Shown: positions 18,701 through 26,379 of the stretch, piece by piece
Layout of the letters: the number at the start of each line of letters is the position of its first letter
Position numbering within the stretch: the first letter of the stretch is position 1
Origin: Candidatus Hydrogenedentota bacterium
Lineage (GTDB): Bacteria; Hydrogenedentota; Hydrogenedentia; Hydrogenedentales; SLHB01
Length of the DNA: 64,000 bases
Direction of reading: 5' to 3'
Assembly: GCA_045863295.1 (NCBI GenBank)
Contig: BTWA01000004.1
Coordinates: 1 to 64,000, forward strand
Position numbers and translations under genes: made by a program
The notes under the pieces: generated by a model
What the model was told of the DNA's origin: nothing
Seen by the model: only the letters and a program-made list of their open reading frames with translations
The model's database searches: none

Positions 18701-19148
18701 CGTGCGAGGCGTGTGCCTGTTCGGCTTTGCGATGTGCTTGCTGCAACTGAGACTGGAGATCGGTCAGCTTCTTTTCGAGTTCGGCCTTGTCGGCCTGCGC
18801 CGAAGCCGCGGCGACTACCTTGACCTTGATGGTCTTGGCGACGGTGTCTTGTTTCACCAGCAGCGCACGAAGCGACTCCACTTCGTCCGCGGCCATGCCC
18901 GCGGGCGAAATCGCCTCCAGATCCTCGCGCAGCCGGCGTGTATGACGCTCCAGAACCTCGCACGCCGCGCGCGTGTCGTCGTCCAATCCCAGATTTGCGT
19001 AACATTGCGCGCGCAACGCCAACAGCGGCAATGCCGTCGGAAAACGACGCGACAACTCATCCACCGCCGAAAGAGCCTCGATGTATTGGCTGGACTGGTA
19101 CAGAGTCTGCGCCTCCTGGAGACGCGCCGATGCTGTTTCCGGGCTCAT
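15720..19148 (-). CDS. TPR-like / 77-aa-repeat coiled-coil / TM / leucine-rich-repeat protein (1142 aa)
   Basis: ATG at 19148 after AGGAAAGGA; heptad repeats; TM LIATVIVLAAMGGGGYAVW; C-terminal LRRs such as VTDEGIRALRNLTRIQQL. Confidence 0.85.
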   Translation of the reverse strand: MSPETASARLQEAQTLYQSSQYIEALSAVDELSRRFPTALPLLALRAQCYANLGLDDDTRAACEVLERHTRRLREDLEAISPAGMAADEVESLRALLVKQDTVAKTIKVKVVAAASAQADKAELEKKLTDLQSQLQQAHRKAEQAHASHEDLKEELDSLRKKESAKAAALESARAQMDSLQETLVQREAAIAVAAREKAEQDELVASLRGQLTELRSQADQMTQSEKQLAHEVELLRAQETSKSTDLERARGELDALRKNLESSEQAIAEATRRSQESEALIESLRGELDTLRTEADTASTAQSALSAELHRLRANEKEKTSALEDARNELESLRTTLVDREKAIASAEARNAENERALTSLRTEVEGLRQQADHASASEKQLADELDELRSKETLKSRTLEQARAELKQMHKELEKREKALWDASRDNSESEDSLKKLEHELEALRKRAEHAAQSEQDLSSEVEQLRQRENAKSTALEDARAELQNLKSALSDREDAVASAAKQSKEHEAKVAQLQGELELIRGRADQAAHSEHALAVELEQLRENGQAMAGQLHAAQAEVERLRQALGQREQAMADAAQTSSESEGVISSLKSELELIKRRSEAASASELALAEELEHLRVNESNKTRSLELAQQEVKALRQALSQQEMALKNAAHGSSQNEQAITSMQDEMRHLRVQAESAAASESALTHELDSLRKTEREKASELKTAQAEVEQLREALGERDKMVERLQKRQEVFGTSRGPSVVRLIATVIVLAAMGGGGYAVWQFAGGKKLGSSPVQDTVSPGASAPLTLTFPADQSIGMVYTQSVDQDGATKWIQHAPAQGIVELPRNVLIRIALDRDVPAAPEVLKVIAPHVNVLDVRAPYANLGAIETLKSFGALQALSVTEGKVSEDFYFAMTDALPKVKLDAEIEPPAPPTAPPARTLAFGGRTLGAVTVRAWDNPAASWQNKGSAQGNVSIPAGQYVRLEVDYDAAADLSPLVALGENGLDYIAMNGRNVTDASLKSLEGMASLKGVIINSPTVTDEGIRALRNLTRIQQLTVRDAQMTDASLLELKRLRQMEYLSLSGVDIADAGLAVLRHFPRLTSLTLTQCGVSNQGLDEIKRLTGLTTLTIQGTRVSREGLSLLQYDLPNCRITGP
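16940..18686 (-). repeat. Intragenic tandem repeat, 231-bp (77-aa) period, 7 full units plus 1 partial
   Basis: Units begin E[LV]xxLR at 18686 and every 231 bp down to 17069, with no indels. Confidence 0.9.
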
Positions 19149-19582
19149 GATTCCTTTCCTGGAACGTTCTCCGTCCTCGAATCCGGCCGTGCCGGACAAA
19201 GGCAATGACAACGCAAAGTCGTACCTAACACCTTGGACAAAGACAACGCGGAACACTTCGCTCCCCACAATCGCCGCGCCAAGTGTAGCACAGCGCGAAA
19301 TGCATTTCTTGCCGGGGTCCGAGGTCTCACACCAACACCCTGCCATCAACCAAGGGCAACCGCAACTGCCCCAAACGGAAAAGCGTTCGCGGCCGCGGGC
19401 TACTGCGACGCATGGGTGATCCTCAAATCCCAGTTCCATCCCTTTTGATCCTTGTGCCTATTTTGTTCTTTTCGTCCCTTCTGACCCTGGACTCCACGCC
19501 CCTTCGCCTGTCCAAATCAGGTACAGGAGCGCGACGAGCCCGGCAGGCGCGCGTAATCGCGGATACGGACTATTTCGAGAGG

Positions 19583-19611
19583 TTGACCCGTACCCACGGG
19601 AAGGCTACAGT
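19583..19611 (+). promoter_or_regulatory. Sigma-70 promoter candidate
   Basis: TTGACC-N17-TACAGT upstream of 19691. Confidence 0.5.
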
Positions 19612-19690
19612 GCGCAGTGGTACACCCACTTTACTGAATGGGGCACGCCGCAGACCGGAATCGGCAAAGTGAAGCGGGCAAGAGGGAATC

Positions 19691-21433
19691 ATGCGCACAT
19701 TGAACCGGCGGAGTTTTTTAGAGGTAGCGGCAGCGTCGACGTTTGCTTTTCAGACCCGCGCGGCGACGGTAGGATCCAAGCCGGAAAAACCGGCTTTGCG
19801 AGTGCGGATGGATGCCCCAAACGAGGGGTTGTCCGCGCGGACGCTCGCAATTCTGAAAGATCGCATTGAGTACCGTTGCAGCGCGCCGGTCGTCACTGTG
19901 GATTCGAATGCGGAAGTCCTGCTGGCATTGGACAGTCAATTGCCGGCGGAATCCTTTCGATTCGACGAAGTAGAGCAAGCAGTGCGGATCGCGGGCGGCT
20001 CTCCGCAGGGCTTGTTGTACGGCGTAGGCAAGCTGCTTCGCACGAGTAATTACCGGGACGGCGCGCTTGAGATATCCCGGTGGCGAGGCCTGTCGACGCC
20101 ACGCGGTACACTGCGTGGAATGTATTTCGCCTCGCACTTCCACAACTGGTATCACCAGGCATCTCCGGCGGAAATCGCGCGATACATGGAAGACCTCGCG
20201 CTATGGGGTGTCAACGCCGTCAAAGTAATCTTTCCGTTGATCAACCTGCAGGGATGGGACGATCCCAAAGCGGACCCGGCGATGGAGTTTGTCCGTCAAT
20301 ACGCGCGTTCGGCACGCGAATTGGGCCTTCAATTCGCCACCGGGTTAAACAATGCCTTCTTCAGCGGCGCACCCAAAGAGATTCGCGCGACGCCCCTCCC
20401 GGACCCGCTGAAGCGGCGTGGCAACAGCGGCCACCCGATCTGTCCAAGCATCCCGGAGGGGCACGCATACATCATGGAAAATACGCGTGCTGTGTTCGAA
20501 AGACTGGCGGATGTTGGGCTGGATATCCTCGTGTTGTGGCCCTATGACGAAGGCGGCTGCGCATGCGACACGTGTGCTCCCTGGGGCAGCAACGGGTATT
20601 TGCGCATCTCGCGCGATCAGGTGGAACTCGGGCGGAAGTATTTCCCAAACCTAAAATCGGTGCTGAGCACCTGGATGTTCGATACGCCCGAGGAAGGCGA
20701 ATGGCAAGGTTTGACCCGCTATATGGATCCGGATGGTCAATGGATCGATTACATCCTTGCCGATGCGCACGAGGACTATCCCCGCTACCCGCTCGACCAC
20801 GGTGTGCCCGGAAAGCGGCCTCTGTTGAATTTCCCTGAGATCAGCATGTGGGGAAACAGTCCATGGGGCGGATACGGCGCGAATGTCTTACCCGCCCGGT
20901 ACCAACGCCTCTGGGATCAGGTGAAGCACGTCGTGGAGGGAGGTTTCCCGTACAGCGAAGGCATTTACGAAGACATGCATAAAGCGATTGTGGCGCAATT
21001 CTATTGGGACCTCGATCGCACGGCCCTGGATACGTTGCGGGAATATATCGCTTACGAATTCGGGGTGTCTCGCGCCGAGACGGTAAACGATCTTCTTGAA
21101 ATGATCGCGCTGCTGGAGCAGGCCTCGTCGAACAGTTATCAGAAGAATCCCGTGAACAAAGACGGCGTTGTTCGCGCGGCCGGATTGGCCGAAGACATCC
21201 AGCAACATCTGCCGGATTGGGGACGGCAAAATTGGCGTTGGGAAATTCTGTATCTTCGCGCGGTCATTGACCGGGAACGATTCGCGGGCGGCGGCATCGA
21301 TTCGCCCGCCGCCCAAACGGCCATGCTTCGCCTCGTGGACCTTTACCACTGCGAACTTGATACCGAGGATCCGTACCACCACCGCGTGCGCCCTCCCCTG
21401 AAAAGCGCCATCGACCGCCAGGGCCGCAAGTAA
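19691..21433 (+). CDS. Tat-exported glycoside hydrolase-like protein (GH20/GH67-type N-terminal domain plus TIM barrel)
   Basis: Tat motif NRRSFL; 'ESFRF...IAGGSPQGLLYGVGKLLR'; WPYDEGGC. Confidence 0.65.
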   Translation: MRTLNRRSFLEVAAASTFAFQTRAATVGSKPEKPALRVRMDAPNEGLSARTLAILKDRIEYRCSAPVVTVDSNAEVLLALDSQLPAESFRFDEVEQAVRIAGGSPQGLLYGVGKLLRTSNYRDGALEISRWRGLSTPRGTLRGMYFASHFHNWYHQASPAEIARYMEDLALWGVNAVKVIFPLINLQGWDDPKADPAMEFVRQYARSARELGLQFATGLNNAFFSGAPKEIRATPLPDPLKRRGNSGHPICPSIPEGHAYIMENTRAVFERLADVGLDILVLWPYDEGGCACDTCAPWGSNGYLRISRDQVELGRKYFPNLKSVLSTWMFDTPEEGEWQGLTRYMDPDGQWIDYILADAHEDYPRYPLDHGVPGKRPLLNFPEISMWGNSPWGGYGANVLPARYQRLWDQVKHVVEGGFPYSEGIYEDMHKAIVAQFYWDLDRTALDTLREYIAYEFGVSRAETVNDLLEMIALLEQASSNSYQKNPVNKDGVVRAAGLAEDIQQHLPDWGRQNWRWEILYLRAVIDRERFAGGGIDSPAAQTAMLRLVDLYHCELDTEDPYHHRVRPPLKSAIDRQGRK

Positions 21434-21768
21434 ATCAAACCCATTGGAGACCGCTGTGACAGAATTGGAAGCTGCCGACACCGCTTTCGTTCTTTGACGC
21501 CGTGATATGTATGCTTTTTTCGCTTGGCCCTCAAGAACAGCTCCTGCACCGAATTGCCAACGTGCTACCGCACTCCCGATTTTGGGGGATCCTTCGGGCA
21601 CGGTCCCTATGAAGCGAATCGCAGGACTGGAAAATCCGCCAGGTTTGGGATTCCATTCCTTGCGCCGGGCGACATCCGTGGCCGAAAACCGGTATACTAT
21701 AGGATGTGGCCTGATGGCGGCCCCGCGTCTCCGGGGCCGTTCTTTATTGAAAAGGCGGGAGTTGTGCA

Positions 21769-23295
21769 TTGAGTGAGAAGGAAGCCACATTGGTCGTGAC
21801 CTGCTCGTGCGGGCAAAAGATGAAAGTTGCCGAGGAAGCCCGGGGCAAGTCGATCAAGTGTTTGCGATGCGGAGCGGCGGTGCCGGTGGATGCGGCGCAC
21901 CAAGCCGTGGCAAGCGCGACGTCAGCCAAGAGTGGCGCCGCGCATCAATGGAGCCGGGTAGTTTCGGTATTAACCGAAGAAGGCCTGGTAAACGACGCGC
22001 AATTGGGCGAGGCGCTGGGCAAGTGCGTTCCGGAATCGGTCGGACTGTTTCAGGCCTTGGTGGACCTGGGCCACCTCGACGCGGCGGCCTTTCATCAGTC
22101 CGCGTCGAAGCAACACGGCATCGCGAGCATTGACATTGCGAATTACCAGGTGGCCAAGGATTTGCTCGCGCTGGTGCCCTCGAGTTTCGCCAGGGAACGG
22201 TTGGTTGTGCCGATTGACAAGCTTGGCCGCCTGTTGACCGTGGGAATGGCGTGTCCCCTGGATCAGGGCAGCCTCGAAGAACTGACTGCATCCACAGGGC
22301 TGCGCGTGAAACCCATGCTCTGTAAGTACGAAGATCTGGTTTCGGCTTTGCACAAGTACTATCCCGAATCCGCGCTGGAAAAGGAACAGTCGGTCCTCTC
22401 GTTGGAGACGTTCGGGTTGGCGCCCGTACCCGACAAGAAGAAGCCGGCCGCACCCGAAGTCAAAGCCGTCGCGAAACCCGGCGAAGCAGAGGCGGGGATA
22501 CGCCAGATTTCCGCGTTGCCGATAGCGCCCGATACGCTGGCCAGACTGGAAGCGGCGGAACGGGACGGTCAAACCGGTGTGCGTCGTATCGTTCATATCG
22601 TGCAACAAGATCCGGCGCTGGCCTTTGTACTGGTCGCTTACGCAAATCTGCCTGTGTTCGGCTCGCCGGGGAAGATGGCCGGACTGACGGCCGCCGTCAC
22701 GCTACTGGGTGCGGAAGGCGTCAAAACGGTTGCCCGGTCAGCGGGGAATTCCGATGAACTCGGCGACGCATGGGACTGGCCTTCGTTTGTAAAACGCGGC
22801 ACCTTCGCAGCGTGCGCGGCCGCCGAGCTGGCTTCGGACGGAGGCAAAATGGATCCGGATTCGGCTTGCATGGGCGGACTCGTGCATGAGACCGGCCGGC
22901 TCGCGCTTGCAATGGTAATGGGGGATCGGTTTCAATCCGCGCCTGAATCCATGGATCACGCGGCGCTGTGCGCCACGGAGGATCAGTTGTATGCGTTGAA
23001 TCACGGCCAGGCGGGGTATCTGCTGGCGCAGCGGTGGGGATTTCCGAACGGTCTCCCCGAAGCGATCCGGTTTCACGGAAATCCGGCAGCCACAAAAGAG
23101 TCGCGCGATTTCGTGAATCTGGTGGCGCTGGCTGCCGCGATGGCGGAAGCTTTCCTTGCGCAAGGGGAACAACGTACCGCGGCGCTGAAACGATGTGAGC
23201 CGCTATTGGCGCCGTCCGGAGCGGAGACGCGCGACATCCGCCTGCTGTTCGATCGGTCGATGGCGGCCTACGCGCGGGTGACCGAAGGAAACTGA
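21769..23295 (+). CDS. Zn-ribbon + MshEN/T2SSE-N + HDOD domain protein
   Basis: CSCG...CLRCG; 'VPIDKLGRLLTVGMACPLD'; HDOD motifs QDPALA..AN, GLVHETGRL, NHGQAG.LLAQRWGFP, IRFH. Confidence 0.8.
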   Translation: MSEKEATLVVTCSCGQKMKVAEEARGKSIKCLRCGAAVPVDAAHQAVASATSAKSGAAHQWSRVVSVLTEEGLVNDAQLGEALGKCVPESVGLFQALVDLGHLDAAAFHQSASKQHGIASIDIANYQVAKDLLALVPSSFARERLVVPIDKLGRLLTVGMACPLDQGSLEELTASTGLRVKPMLCKYEDLVSALHKYYPESALEKEQSVLSLETFGLAPVPDKKKPAAPEVKAVAKPGEAEAGIRQISALPIAPDTLARLEAAERDGQTGVRRIVHIVQQDPALAFVLVAYANLPVFGSPGKMAGLTAAVTLLGAEGVKTVARSAGNSDELGDAWDWPSFVKRGTFAACAAAELASDGGKMDPDSACMGGLVHETGRLALAMVMGDRFQSAPESMDHAALCATEDQLYALNHGQAGYLLAQRWGFPNGLPEAIRFHGNPAATKESRDFVNLVALAAAMAEAFLAQGEQRTAALKRCEPLLAPSGAETRDIRLLFDRSMAAYARVTEGN

Positions 23296-23416
23296 TGGCC
23301 GGTAGAATCCGCGGGGATGGCTCGCCGTCAAAGGCGCAGCACTCCAGTACAACTCAACAACTTCTTCAGCACGCGGATCGGGCTGGCTGCCTGTCGCGAT
23401 TGAAAGCAACGGACAC

Positions 23417-24784
23417 TTGACAGACTCAACAGGCAAATCGCAGGCGGTGGACCCGGCCGGCGTGTCGCGCACGCGGCACGTCATGGGAATCGTGTTCGTC
23501 ACACTGCTGCTCGATCTCGCAGGCTTTTCCATCATCTTTCCACTGTATCCAAGCCTGCTTGAGTACTACATGGAAACCGGTCACGACAGCGGACTCTTGA
23601 CGGCCGTCCTGGCAGGAATCGACTGGTTCGCGCATGTCACCGGAGCGGGCGCCGGCCGCCAAGTCGTCTTGTTCGGTGGTTTGTTGGGCTCGTTGTACAG
23701 CCTGCTGCAGTTCGTGTTCACGCCGTTGCTGGGCACGCTCTCCGACCGTTACGGACGCAGGCCGATTCTGCTGTTCTCCATAGGCGGCATCGTGGTGTCG
23801 TACGCATTGTGGTGCGTTTCCGGCCGGTTTGAATTGCTCATTGTGTCGCGGTTGATTGCAGGCATCATGAGCGCCAATATTTCGACCGCGAGTGCGGCCA
23901 TCGCGGATGTGACCACGGGCAAAGGCCGCTCCAAAGGCATGGCGCTCGTAGGCGCAGCCATTGGTCTGGGCTTTATCCTGGGACCGGCCATCGGCGGGAT
24001 CTTTTCGGAAGTAAATCTCCTGGACGCGCATCCGGAATGGGCGCGGTTCGGCGTTAATCCATTTACCGTCCCCGCGGCGGCGGCGCTGGTGTTGAGTCTT
24101 GCGAATTGGATATGGGTCTTTCTTCGATTCGAGGAAACGTTGGGACTGCAGCAGTCCGCTGTTCCGGGCGTGCGTCGAACGGTAAATCCGTTGCGCTTGT
24201 TCAAGGCGGAACGATATCCCGGCGTGACCGGCGCAAACGTGGCCTACTTTGTTTACCTCACCGCGTTTTCCGGAATGGAATTCACGCTGGCCTTCCTTGC
24301 CGCGGAGCGATTCGGATATAGCCCCCGCGAAATCAGCTATATGTTTCTCTTCACCGGCATCACGCTGGCGCTGATGCAAGGGTCCTACGTGCAGATGCGC
24401 AGCGGGGTAATCGGCCCGAGGCGCATGGCATTGCACGGGCTCGTTCTGGTCATTCCCGGACTCTTGCTAATCGGATTCTCGCACGGATGGCTAACGCTGT
24501 ATGCCGGGCTGCTTGTATTGGCCCTGGGCACGTCGCAAGTATTGCCGTGTCTTACAACGCTGGTCTCGTTGTACACGCCACCGTTTGATCAAGGACGTGT
24601 ACTCGGCGTCTTCCGATCCCTCGGGGCATTGGCCCGCGCAGTGGGACCCATTCTCGCCTGCCTTTTGTATTGGCGGCTCGGCTCCACGTCAGTCTATGTT
24701 ATTGCCGCGGCTGCGGTGGCAGTGCCGCTGTATCTCGCGTACGGACTACCCGTGCCTGCGTCTGAGCCCGATTCGGACGCGTAA
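23417..24784 (+). CDS. MFS transporter (TetA/DHA1-like)
   Basis: Motif A GTLSDRYGRRP; motif C GFILGPAIGG; about 12 TMs. Confidence 0.9.
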   Translation: MTDSTGKSQAVDPAGVSRTRHVMGIVFVTLLLDLAGFSIIFPLYPSLLEYYMETGHDSGLLTAVLAGIDWFAHVTGAGAGRQVVLFGGLLGSLYSLLQFVFTPLLGTLSDRYGRRPILLFSIGGIVVSYALWCVSGRFELLIVSRLIAGIMSANISTASAAIADVTTGKGRSKGMALVGAAIGLGFILGPAIGGIFSEVNLLDAHPEWARFGVNPFTVPAAAALVLSLANWIWVFLRFEETLGLQQSAVPGVRRTVNPLRLFKAERYPGVTGANVAYFVYLTAFSGMEFTLAFLAAERFGYSPREISYMFLFTGITLALMQGSYVQMRSGVIGPRRMALHGLVLVIPGLLLIGFSHGWLTLYAGLLVLALGTSQVLPCLTTLVSLYTPPFDQGRVLGVFRSLGALARAVGPILACLLYWRLGSTSVYVIAAAAVAVPLYLAYGLPVPASEPDSDA

Positions 24785-24829
24785 CAGTCGCTGGTTTCGC
24801 GGTTAGTTCGTATCAAGGAATATCCGACA

Positions 24830-24952
24830 ATGAAACGCCACATTCTGTGTCTGACGAAATCCCGCCGCGCGCCCATACCCGCCGAGAGCATTCAAGCACC
24901 CACGGACTGGTGGGGCATCCTGTCTCAAAAGATGGGTTGGAAAGTGTTTTGA
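24830..24952 (+). CDS. Small 40-aa ORF MKRHILCLTKSRRAPIPAESIQAPTDWWGILSQKMGWKVF
   Basis: AAGGA upstream of ATG; fills the gap between the MFS gene and the MITE; below the ORF-track size cutoff. Confidence 0.5.
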   Translation: MKRHILCLTKSRRAPIPAESIQAPTDWWGILSQKMGWKVF

Positions 24953-24958
24953 ATTTAG

Positions 24959-25157
24959 CCCGGATATTTCACGACTTTGTCCAATGAGCAATGTAACGAC
25001 AGTTCCATATAACCATTGTCGAATGCGATGCAAGTACGGTGCGCATGTGAAATATCCTTAGCGTTTCAAGCTCAAACTATTCTGCGTGAGCATTTTGCAC
25101 CACGGAGACTGTACTTCAGTCTTCCATGCACGCTATAAGCGTGGTGCAAAATGCGGG
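24959..25157 (+). mobile_element. MITE-like element, copy 2 (complete, 199 bp)
   Basis: Imperfect TIRs CCCGGATATTTCACGAC / CCCGCATTTTGCACCAC; TTAG on both sides (24955-58, 25158-61); no coding capacity. Confidence 0.8.
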
Positions 25158-26369
25158 TTAGATGGCGCCTGACGCCGCGAGCCTGTCGATTTCCGGTTCG
25201 CTGTAGCCGATCGAGTGAAGAATTTCCCGGGTATGCTGGCCCAGCGCGGGCGGCGCGGTGCGCAGTTCGCCCGGTGTGGCGGAAAGTTTGATGGGGATTC
25301 CAATCTGCTGGATAACCCCTTCGGTTGGATGTTCCATGGTCTGCGCCATGGCGCGGGCCCGATTGTGCGGGTCGATCAAGGCCTCGTCGATCCGATAGGA
25401 AGGCCCTACGCACACGTTTTTGTCTTCAAAGAACTCGATCCACTCGGAACGGGTGCGTTGAAGAAAGATTTGGCGGAAATCATCGAACACGGCTTCAGGA
25501 CTGTCGAAGCCAAACTGTGTGCCGGCGTACAGGTTCCGATCGAGCGCCGCGCACAGGTTCGCCCAGAAATGTGGTTCAAGACAGCCCACCGTAATATGCA
25601 GTCCGTCCCGCGTCTCATACACGGCATAGCACGGAAACTGGCCAAGCAAAACGTGTTGTCCTCCGCGCGGACTTTGGCCGGTTCCAAATTGCCATGCGGC
25701 AAACAAAGTCAACCACGCCATGGCTCCGTCCGTCATTGCAATGTCGACGTGTTGACCGCGGCCGGTTCGGTGGCGCGCGTGTAATGCGGCGAGTATACCA
25801 ATGACGGCATTTTGTGCTCCGCCACCGAGGTCGGCGATCGTCAGTCCTGGCGGGTCCGGGGTATGTCCGGGAGGCGCAAACAACTCCAGTGCACCGGCGA
25901 CGCCCATATAATTAAGATCGTGTCCGGGCCTGCGGGCATAGGGGCCGGTCTGGCCGTAGCCGGTGATGGAGCAATAGATCAGGCGCGGGTTGATCTCGCT
26001 GAGGTTGCTGTAACCGAGGCCCAACTTGTCCATGACGCCGGGCCGGTTGCCTTCGACCAGTACGTCGGCGGTTGCGGCCAGAGTGCGCAGAACCTGTTTC
26101 CCATCTTCATGTTTTAGATTCAGGGTAAGACTGCGTTTGTTGCGGTTGATCGCAAGGTACATGTGGCTTTCCACTCGATTAAACGGTGGATAGGATCGAA
26201 TGTAGTCCCCGGTGCCCGGCTCTTCGATTTTGATGACGTCGGCGCCAAGATCGCCGAGTACCATCGTGCAGTATCCGCCCGGCAACAGCCGGCTGCAATC
26301 AAGAACGGTTACGCCGTGCAGCGCGCCGTGGGCATCGGTAGTTTCGCATGGACTGGGCCGCGCTTCCAT
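25158..26369 (-). CDS. CaiB/BaiF family III CoA-transferase
   Basis: LGADVIKIEEPGTGD, NRNKRS, EGNRPGVM, SITGYGQTGP, GHDLNY, APPALGQHT. Confidence 0.95.
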   Translation of the reverse strand: MEARPSPCETTDAHGALHGVTVLDCSRLLPGGYCTMVLGDLGADVIKIEEPGTGDYIRSYPPFNRVESHMYLAINRNKRSLTLNLKHEDGKQVLRTLAATADVLVEGNRPGVMDKLGLGYSNLSEINPRLIYCSITGYGQTGPYARRPGHDLNYMGVAGALELFAPPGHTPDPPGLTIADLGGGAQNAVIGILAALHARHRTGRGQHVDIAMTDGAMAWLTLFAAWQFGTGQSPRGGQHVLLGQFPCYAVYETRDGLHITVGCLEPHFWANLCAALDRNLYAGTQFGFDSPEAVFDDFRQIFLQRTRSEWIEFFEDKNVCVGPSYRIDEALIDPHNRARAMAQTMEHPTEGVIQQIGIPIKLSATPGELRTAPPALGQHTREILHSIGYSEPEIDRLAASGAI

Positions 26370-26379
26370 CAGTTGCGGA

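Noticed and set aside
19149..19439. 97-aa N-terminal extension of the coiled-coil protein in the ORF track
   Set aside because: Atypical composition; a clear RBS precedes the ATG at 19148.
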